A stretch of DNA of 64,000 nucleotides from the human T2T-CHM13v2.0 reference genome, Homo sapiens, in NCBI RefSeq assembly GCF_009914755.1, contig NC_060927.1. One strand, written 5' to 3'. Every line of letters begins with the position of its first letter. Position 1 is the stretch's first letter. The notes below the pieces were generated by a model. It worked only from the letters and a program-made list of their open reading frames with translations. It had not been told where the DNA came from and ran no database searches. Shown piece by piece: positions 1-11,323 of this stretch. A program made the translations under genes and the position numbers.

Positions 1-81
1 TAATTTCTTTTTCTTTTTTTTAGTTTTGTTTTTCCCCTTTTGTAATTTCTTTTTCTTTTTTTTTTAGTTTTGTTTTTCCCC
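1..81. repeat. ~42-bp T-rich tandem duplication
   Basis: TAATTTCTTTTTCT(n)AGTTTTGTTTTTCCCC occurs at 1-37 and 43-81. Confidence 0.8.
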
Positions 82-1252
82 TGATTCAAATATCCTTTCA
101 TTATTTAGTTGTACTGACTTGAGTTGCCCATATATTAAATCGTTAATAATCTTGTGGCTTATAAATATGTCTTATGCAACATTGCCTCCTTTAAGCATGC
201 TATGTGACAGATTTTTTAAAAGTTTTTGGAAATGTATGGAGATACTTGGATTACATTACTGAAGAATCACAGTGATAACTGTGTTTTATAGAGCCATAGT
301 AAACAATGCCTTAAAGGCTAACAGTTTACTTTCAATCATTAATAAATTATACAAATAATCTAGACTACTGCAGTTCCATTTGGTGGAAGAACAGTTAAAA
401 AGGTCAATCAAATTTATCTTTTTAAAACTAGGAAGAGTTAACTTCTTACTACTATAGAAATAATTTTTAAATAAAAACTGCATACTAAGGTGTGCAGAAA
501 TTGATCTGAAAGAAATTTACGTACTGCACTTTTACTAAGAGAATAAATGAATGTTATAGATTAAAATCAGAAAAATACTTTGAGAAGGAAAAAAGTGTCC
601 ATGTTATGGTGGTAGGAAGAGATGCCGCCAAAACACAATGTCAGTAAACCAAATATCACTCTTCAGTGAAGCCCTCACACCTCCTTAACTCCCTCTTCTA
701 CCTCCTCTTACTATTGTACAAAAGTGTCTAAACTTTTAAATGCAATTCATGACTATCTACCAGATACCCAAACATTTAAAAATCCAGCAGAAATGCAAAA
801 CAGAGCTCTGCCAATGCCAAAGCGTCACCCCCAGAGAGGGGCTCCAACCGAAGACCAGAAAGAGAGCTCTCCTGAAGGCCCTGGGAGCAAGAAGTCTGCG
901 GGCAGCTTGGCTCACATCCTTACCCTCAGGCATTTAAGAAATAGGCACAGGGAAAGGGAAGTTATATTACTGAACAATCATAGTGGGAACAGCCTATCTG
1001 AAATCACTCTGTTAGGAAGCCTTGGTCTTGAGCCTTCTCAGTCCTCAGACTTGGCTCAAAATATAAATTATGTGTCAACAGTAGGTATTCAATGTATCAA
1101 GAGCCAAACTGGCACATGGGTCCAAATGTTCAAAACAGTTTTTTGTTTATAAAAACAGAAAAGCCTGTGGCTACCTAAGTAATGCAAAAATCAGCAGCTG
1201 GGGACTTAACTAAGGGAATATTAATCAATGTTATAGGCATATAAAAATGTAA

Positions 1253-1568
<316 letters not shown>

Positions 1569-1570
1569 TC

Positions 1571-1960
1571 TTATTTTTATTTATTTATTTAAATTTTTTT
1601 AGACGGAGTCTGCCTCTGTCACCCAGGCTGGAGTGCAGTGGCACAATCTCGGCTCACTGCAACCCCGCCTTTCAGGTTCAAGTGATTCTTGTGCCTCAGC
1701 CTCACCCTCCGGAGTAGCTGGGACTACAGCCTCAGCCTCAGCCTCAGCCTCCCAAGTAGCTAGGACTACTGTATCTCAGCCTCCCGAGTAGCTGGGACTA
1801 CAAGTGCACGCCACCACGCACAGCTAATTTTTGTATGTTTAGTAAAGACGAGGTTTCACCATTTTGGCCAGGCTGGTCTTGAACTCCTGACCTCAAGTGA
1901 TATGCCTGCCTCCTCCTCCCAAAGTGCTAGAATTTACAGGTGTGGGCCACCACGCTCAAC
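1571..1960 (-). mobile_element. Alu with internal triplication
   Basis: Antisense Alu in which the segment CTCAGCCTCCCGAGTAGCTGGGACTACA is present three times (1693-1802). Confidence 0.9.
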
Positions 1961-3609
1961 TGAAAATACAACTTGTAATGGTGACTGAATTGATGACATC
2001 ACCATTATTTCAATAATACAGATTCATTGAGAGCTGTTCGCTAGGTGCTAGTCACTTGCCATGCGCTAGGTGCTGAGGTTACAATAGTGAATTTAAAAAT
2101 CCCTGCCTTCTTGGAGTTACCCTCTAGTGTGGGAAGGCAGACGATGTACAAGTAAAAGTTAAACAAATATATAATTTCAGGCAATGATAACTCATATGAC
2201 AAAAAATAAAGCTGTTAAGAGTATGAAGAATGACAGTGATGGAAGGCTCTTAGGGGGCAACATTTGAATTATTTCCTTAAGAGTAGGTTTGGATTTACAA
2301 GCTAGTCACTCGGCAATCAATCATTCAACAAACATTGATTGTCCGCTTATTTGATTTCAGGTGCTGTAGTACAGTGAGTCCTGGGCATAAAAAGATTAAT
2401 CAACCGTGGCTTCTGCTGTCAGGGCATTTACATCTTAGTAAGGGAAGATAGACATTTCCACAGCAATCTATACTGACATATAACAAGTGTTAGAGCAGTG
2501 CAGAAGCACAGATGAACAAAGTGACTTCCCAGTAAGGTCTTCCGGAAGGTATTCCGAAGAGAGAAACGCAGCAGAAGTGGAAGATGAGGGCCACATGTTG
2601 CTTCCCAATGTATAAACAAAAAGGGGTCAAGAAAGGTGCAAGAAAGTGACTGCCCCCCAGGGATCTGCCAACCCAAGCCCCACCCAGTTATCCCAAAGCT
2701 TAGGGGACCCAGCTCTGCTGTAATCTGTTCTTGGCACAGACACGCTTTTTGTTGTTTGTTTTTTTTCAGTAACTGAAACTACCCTGTCTTTCCCCAGGTC
2801 TAGATTCCTTGAGCATTTCTTAGCCCGAGCATGCTTGTGTCCTTAGGTCTTCCGGAAGCTGTAGCGTGCACACAACTCCTCTCGGCAATTAACACACTTT
2901 ACAATTCGACCATGATAGACGTCAAGGGTTGAAAATATTTCAGTAGAGAAACTTTTCTGATAAATCCAAACTCTCCCAGAGCAAATTATTCTGACCAACG
3001 TTTAAACAGAAGACTTATAAAAACAACATTTAACAGAGTTTGAAGGTTTTATGATGAAATGCATTGTCTGGGATTTCCTTCAGAAATGTAGAGCAGGGAG
3101 GGATGTGGGTGAGGGTACAGATGAAACAAGATTGCCCAGGGCGTGACATTGGGTTAGGGTACGTGGGGGGTTCATTAGACTATTCTGCCTACTTTTATAT
3201 AGTCTAGTGTTTTCCATAATAAAAAGTTTTTGGTTTTGTGTTTAGTTTTATAAGACAAAGCAGAATCTATAAATTCACACAAGTGTCCTGAGAAGACCAT
3301 GTTCATGCAGAAATCTCAGATTCATAGCTATTTCAAAGTCTACCCACTAGACTCATGACTTTTTTTTCACATGCAAAAAAGAGAGTAGAATGTCCATGTA
3401 GACTGATAACTAAAGAGGAAACATATATTTTTAAAGATTTTAACATCCAAACTGTGTTTTAATATTAATGAGTGACTATTTCAGATTAGTGAGTGACTAG
3501 CAGTAAAAGTATTCTCAATGCTTTCATCCAGATGGTAAATAACATTTATTGAGTTCCTACTGGGAGCCTGATTTGGTAATTCCTCCTGTTATCTCACTGA
3601 TGAGATTAA

Positions 3610-3755
3610 GAGAATATATATGTGTATATTCTTTGTTTTCTAATAATATATATATTCCTATTTTAGAGACCCTGTCTCTAAAATATATATAGACATACAC
3701 AAACATCTGTGAATATATATAAATATATATAAAAATATGTGTGCGTGTGTGTGTG

Positions 3756-3800
<45 letters not shown>

Positions 3801-3898
3801 ATATTTTAGAGACAGGGTCTTGCTGCATCGCCCAGGCTGGAGTACAGTGGCACCATCACAGCTCACTGTAGCCTCAAAGTCCTGGCCTGAGAATATAT
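3610..3898 (-). mobile_element. Truncated AluJ-like 3' fragment whose tail is a (TA)/(TG)n microsatellite, inserted in a MIR
   Basis: Alu right-arm sequence at 3806-3886, (TG)n at 3738-3800, and the direct repeat GAGAATATAT at 3610-3619 and 3889-3898. The MIR core TTTTACAGATGAGGAAACT follows. Confidence 0.7.
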
Positions 3899-4566
3899 TA
3901 TATTGCCATTTTACAGATGAGGAAACTAAGCCTCAGAGAGGTTGAATCTCTTGTTCAAAGTCACAACCAGCAGAAATAAAGCCCGGGGTTCTTTCCTTTA
4001 CACCAGTACTTGATTAAAACAGAATTTCTTTCTTCAGAAAGGAGAAGACAACTAGAAAGCAGGACTTGCCCCTCCAAGAAAATCATGAGTTCCCATCATC
4101 CTAACTTCTACTCAATCGGCTTCCTACCTCTTGATACTTAGAGGATAAACTGATACCCAAAGTAGGTCCATTTTTAGGGGGAAAAGTGGAGAAAAAATGA
4201 GAAAGCAGGACAAATGGCTCTTTTTTTATTCCCTGAAAACCAAAAGCACTTTTGAACCTTTCAAATGTGTCTTAAACCATTAAAATCTTAAAATGTAAAT
4301 AGTCTAACTCAAAACTGTTGAAATTACCAAGTGAAATCTCTCTGAAATTAAATGTCATTATTAATTTCATAGGCGTTTCCAAACTATAAAAAATAAAATA
4401 AAATGTTTTCAAAAATAGATGAGTAAAAAAAAAAGGAGTTATTTCATTCAGTGCTTTTAAAAGGGTGTTATTATATTTCTTTCCATTTTAAAAAATTACC
4501 TAGAGGAAAGCTCCACGTTGGTGTATCAAGAGAAAAATTACTAATTTGGCTATATTCTCCATGGTT

Positions 4567-4884
4567 TTTTTTCTTTTCTTTCTTTCTTTTTTTTTTTTTT
4601 TTTTTTTTTTTTGGTGCTATCGCACCTCTGTCCCCCAGGCTGGAGTGCAGTGGTGCGATCTTGGCTCACAGCAACTTCCCAGGTTCAAGTGATTCTCCTG
4701 CTTCAGCCTCCCAAATAGCTGGGATTACAGGCACACACCACCACACCCAGCTAATTTTTGTATTTTTAGTAGAGAGATGGGGTTTCACCATGTTGGCCAG
4801 ACTGTTCACAAACTCCTGACCTCAAGTGATCCGGCCACCTTGGCCTAGTGCTGGGATTATAGGCGTGAGCCACTGCGCCTGGCC
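4567..4884 (-). mobile_element. Alu (AluS)
   Basis: Poly-T followed by an antisense Alu dimer. Confidence 0.9.
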
Positions 4885-6634
4885 TCTCAGTGGGTTTTTC
4901 GAACCAATACATAGCTATATTATATTCTTGACTTGAATATAATCAAGATTAATATTTCCATTAAAATGTCCCAGAAATTTTTATTTATTTATAGGCAACC
5001 ATTCAAAATAGAAATAGAATGCTGAGTGAAGCAGAGGGATACAGTATATGAGAAGATCAAGCAATTTTAAGTTAGAAGAAAAGGCTGTAAATCTGGCTTT
5101 GGTCCTTAAGACCTTGTAAGAGATGAGCAAGTTATTTTGTGAAGGGCAACATCGGAGGAGGCAGAATAAACAGAGGAGGAGAAAAGGACCTTAATGAAAT
5201 TCAAAGTAAAATTGGGAGGTTGTGGGTAAAATTTCATAACTAGACATAAAAATCACAAGTGGGAACATGTCAGAGTCATTCAAAAAGTAGATACATTTGT
5301 GGAAGTGTGTGTGTGTGCATATGTGTATGTTTAACCTGCCTGGCATGTTCAACTGGTTATGATTTTTGAAATTTTAAATTAAGATCTTCTAAACCTCCTG
5401 GGAATTTATAAGGCTTAGAGATTGATAAATGGTGTCTCAGATAAAGAGAAGGAGCAAATGTCAGCGCTATGATGATACACAGCTGCTATAAATGAGTGGC
5501 TTGATTGCTTGACTTCAAATACAGCACACTAACTTTCCTAAACTCAGTCTGCAAAATGGTTTACATGTCACTATTCTCAATGCCCAGTTTTGCCGAACAC
5601 TCGGATGATAATGAAAAAGTTTTGCTACAATTTTAAATTTTTCCTTTAAGAAGTAGCATAACACTACTATAAAATATCTGAGGTCTGTCCAGTGAGACCA
5701 GTTTAAATATAGCTGGAGTAAAATGGAAAACAATTCAGTTATGGTAAACTTCTATTTCTAGACTTGCACTCTCTTCTTAATATAATAAACATAGTATGTA
5801 ATTATAAACCTGGGAACAAAGTCCTCTTTATTGAAAGAAAAGCAAATATGTATGCAAATCTCAAATGAGATAATCAACTAAGCATTAATTGCAAAAAAAA
5901 AAAAAAAAAAGAAGTCCCATGGGACCATGGGACCATGGGACCAAACACCAATATTTGGAAGGAGTCCTTGTGGTTTGGAAAAATTGAAACGGGCATAGTC
6001 TTTCGTCTCTAGGAACCCCATATGGATGGCACTGCCTATGTGCAAAGTTGCAGGGTGGGGACCATGTGCTGTTTATCATTTTATTCCCCGCACTTAGCAG
6101 AGGGCCTGGCACAAAATAAGCACTCAATAAAATGTTTGTGGAAAGAAAGAATTCTACAGCTATAGTTTATACAGTGTTTTTCCAACTTTAAAAGATATGG
6201 CCCACAGTAAAAACCACATTTTATACCAACTCCTGGTACACTCAGATACACACACACATGCATTACACAAAAGTTACGAAGCAGCACTTTCTTTAATACA
6301 GTAGGCATGTTCTGATTATTTCTGTCCTTTTTGCTTGACTAAAAAATACTGATTATGACTGAATAAATTGATTTCATAACCTACTAAATCAAGCCTTGCA
6401 ATTTGAAAAACAGACATATTATTTCAGTTTACATTACTTAACCTCTTACATTTATACACTTCACTACCCATAAGTCTCCTTAAAAAAAAAAATCACAAAA
6501 TTTTTGATCCAGAGGGAATTTAGAAAATATTCAGCTCAACTCTAAAGTTTTGCACCACTTACGAATTCACTGTTGTGGGGTTCCCCTTAGTCACTGTTGT
6601 TGAATTATGGGAATTTTCCGACCAAAAAAACAGA

Positions 6635-8500
<1,866 letters not shown>

Positions 8501-8508
8501 AAAAAGCA

Positions 8509-8922
<414 letters not shown>

Positions 8923-9898
8923 TCAACCTGACTACCTAAATCACAGGCCAATAAATGGTCTTTCAGTGGTCAGTCCCTGTAAGATCCGTGGCTCTCAGCT
9001 TCTTATCTTAGGGGCTGTGGAGGAAGGACATGATTATGTTGATTTAAGCGCTGAATATTTTCCCTTGTGATACCCATCCTCGCAAAACTTTGCTTCAACC
9101 ACAAACGAGGACCTTCTGTACCAGAGGGGCAATAACCACAATGAAGCTAGGAAGAAATGCAGAGCACCCCAGCATACAGTCCATAAGCTTCCTGAAGTGG
9201 GGGGCCTCAGGCATCGCTGCCTCCCCAAAGAGGATCAGGCCCAGAACAGTATGCTCCAGAAATAAGACTGGAAAAAGGGAAAGAGGGGCCTCAAGTCCAG
9301 GAGACCAGCGGCTTTCTGAACGCGCACCTGCCAACCCACTTTGGACAGGTCACGATGGACAGCGTGGCAGGAAAAGAAAAGGTCACTGTCTACCCAACAC
9401 ATGAGAAACTGTTTCTCGTGCCTCACGTCCCCACTCCGTCCCCACCCATGTTGTCTGAGTCCCTCGGTGTCAGAAACACTGCTAAGAAATTTAAGAAATT
9501 CTGTTAATGAGTTTAAGAAATGTTTTTAATGATTAAAAGTCAGTGACTTGTGAATAACCATGTAACTTACAAACGCAAGGAACTCTGAAAGTGTGCAGCA
9601 CCACCGATCAGAAGAGAAAACCAAGGGACCCGAAATATGCTTTAATTAAATTTTCTTTTAAAATGTCACTGGAAAGAACATCTTGGGAAGACGGCCTGGC
9701 CGATCGCCGTGTGAAGGGCAAGCCACTCTGGCCGAGAGGGAGCCCCACACCTCGGTCTCCCCAGACCGGCCCTGGCCGGGGGCATCCCCCTAAACTTCGG
9801 ATCCCTCCTCGGAAATGGGACCCTCTCTGGGCCGCCTCCCAGCGGTGGTGGCGAGGAGCAAACGACACCAGGTAGCTGCCGCGGGGCAGAGAGTGGAC

Positions 9899-9906
9899 GC
9901 GGGAAA
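9899..9906 (-). promoter_or_regulatory. E2F site (TTTCCCGC) in the PPARgamma1 promoter
   Basis: GCGGGAAA on + is the consensus TTTCCCGC on -. E2F regulation of the PPARgamma1 promoter is established. Confidence 0.65.
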
Positions 9907-9987
9907 GCCGGTGGCTCCCGCCGTGGGCCCTACTGTGCGCGGGCGGCGGCCGAGCCCGGGCCGCTCCCTCCCAGCCGCGCGCCGCCG

Positions 9988-10035
9988 CCCCCGCCCCCGC
10001 CCCCGCCCCCACCCCCACCCCCACCCCCACCCCCA
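9988..10035 (+). repeat. (CCCCCG)3(CCCCCA)5 hexamer repeat; G-quadruplex/i-motif forming
   Basis: Eight consecutive C5 tracts with 1-nt spacers, ending 4 nt before exon A1. Confidence 0.9.
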
Positions 10036-10038
10036 GCC

Positions 10039-10209
10039 GGCGCCCGCGCCCGCCCCCGCGCCGGGCCCGGCTCGGCCCGACCCGGCTCCGCCGCGGGCAG
10101 GCGGGGCCCAGCGCACTCGGAGCCCGAGCCCGAGCCGCAGCCGCCGCCTGGGGCGCTTGGGTCGGCCTCGAGGACACCGGAGAGGGGCGCCACGCCGCCG
10201 TGGCCGCAG
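10039..10209 (+). other. PPARG: PPARG non-coding first exon A1 (PPARgamma1 5'UTR)
   Basis: The sequence GGCGCCCGCGCCCG...CTCGAGGACACCGGAGAGGGGCGCCACGCCGCCGTGGCCGCAG is recognised as the 5' end of PPARG mRNA. The donor CAG|GTCAGA follows at 10210. The start is approximate because CpG-island TSSs are dispersed. Confidence 0.93.
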
Positions 10210-11125
10210 GTCAGAGTACGGGTGCCCGCGGCGCTCGGGAACCGGCTGCTGGCTGGGCGGGGAGTGCTCAGGGAGGGGGCGCGGAGGGCTGGGGCCGAGG
10301 GTCTGGGGGCTAGGGCCGAGGAAACGGGAACTGACGGGGTCCCAGACGGATGAGAGCTGGGGAGAAGGGGGTCTCGGCTGAGGGGTCCGGGGCTGAGGCA
10401 GGGTCATGGTCCGGCAGGACCCGGACTGACGGGTCGCGGGCGGGCGGCTCACGGGTGACCGGGTGAAGGGGTTTTGGGCTGAGGGCACCCGGGCTGAGGG
10501 TCGCGTCTACCGGAGCGCGCACTAGGGGCGGAGGGCGCGGGCACAGAGAGCCGCGGCCGGTGCCGACTCGAGTGGACGCGAGCCGGTGCGTCCCGGCTTC
10601 CAGGACAGCCCCCCTCGGGAGAGCGCCGGGTGGGCGCGGAGCCGGGGACACGGGGACCTCCGCGTCCCCGGCGGAGGTGCGCAAGCGTCGGGAGCCGCTC
10701 CGGGGGAACTTTGGAGCAGGGTGTCTGGACCCGGGGAAGCGAAGATCCGCGTGCGTCCGTCCTGAGGCCGCGCGGCACCCCTGCTGAGGAGGAGGTCCCG
10801 TTCGCTGTCCAGAGCCCAGGGGCGACCGCCGCTTGGGGACCGGGGGACCGTTCAGCGAGGGGCGCGCTTGTAGCTGGCCAGGCCCTGTGCCCTGACGCGT
10901 TGTGCTGGCCCTACGCCCGGCGGAGGGGCTGGGGACGGGGACTGGGTGCCTCCGTGCCTCCGCGGATGGAGCGCGCAGCCAGGACCCCCAGCCGCACCCC
11001 GGGGGGCTGGAAAGGCGAAGTCGCTGCTTTGTGGGCTCCTGCAAGTGCCAGGCGCTGACCACTCCTCCTGGGAGCCTAACTGAGGGGGGTAGAGGCAGCA
11101 GAGGTTAACAGAAATCTCAGGTCCC

Positions 11126-11323
11126 TTGGTGGAAGGTGGGTGTGTAGTCGTGGTACTTTACGCCTCGGTGTTTAGGGAGGAGCCTAAGGTAAGGAGTCAG
11201 AAACGGGGAGTAACCGAGCTGCGGCTTTTATATAAGGTCAGTGGTAGGTAAGGAAGGGGCCTTAACCTCTGCTGGTGACCAGAAGCCTGCATTTCTGCAT
11301 TCTGCTTAATTCCCTTTCCTTAG
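11126..11323 (+). other. PPARG: PPARG alternative non-coding first exon (A'-type, PPARG variant 3 5'UTR)
   Basis: Recognised as PPARG 5'UTR sequence ...GGTGACCAGAAGCCTGCATTTCTGCATTCTGCTTAATTCCCTTTCCTTAG, with a strong donor GTGAGT at 11324. The 5' boundary is uncertain; a TATA-directed start near 11259 is likely. Confidence 0.85.
11229..11236 (+). promoter_or_regulatory. TATA box (TATATAAG) of the second PPARG promoter
   Basis: Matches the TATAWAAR consensus and predicts a start at ~11259-11262, giving a ~65-nt exon ending at 11323. It overlaps a TAAGGTCA nuclear-receptor half-site. Confidence 0.6.

Larger units (their letters stand above)
9690..11060. promoter_or_regulatory. PPARG: CpG island / PPARgamma1 promoter
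   Basis: Very high GC and CpG density against a CpG-depleted AT-rich background, with many GC boxes; spans exon A1. Confidence 0.92.

Noticed and set aside
724-1152. 142-aa ORF in unique upstream sequence
   Set aside because: It has a GTG start and no recognisable homology or exon structure; the length is compatible with chance.
9988-10035. Resemblance to the C9orf72 GGGGCC repeat locus
   Set aside because: The unit is CCCCCR rather than GGCCCC, and the flanking exons are PPARG.
9608-11062. Long overlapping ORFs (188-250 aa) on both strands across the CpG island
   Set aside because: Stop-codon depletion in GC-rich DNA explains them. The products are low-complexity R/P/G/A sequences with no recognisable family, and the region is the known non-coding PPARG promoter.
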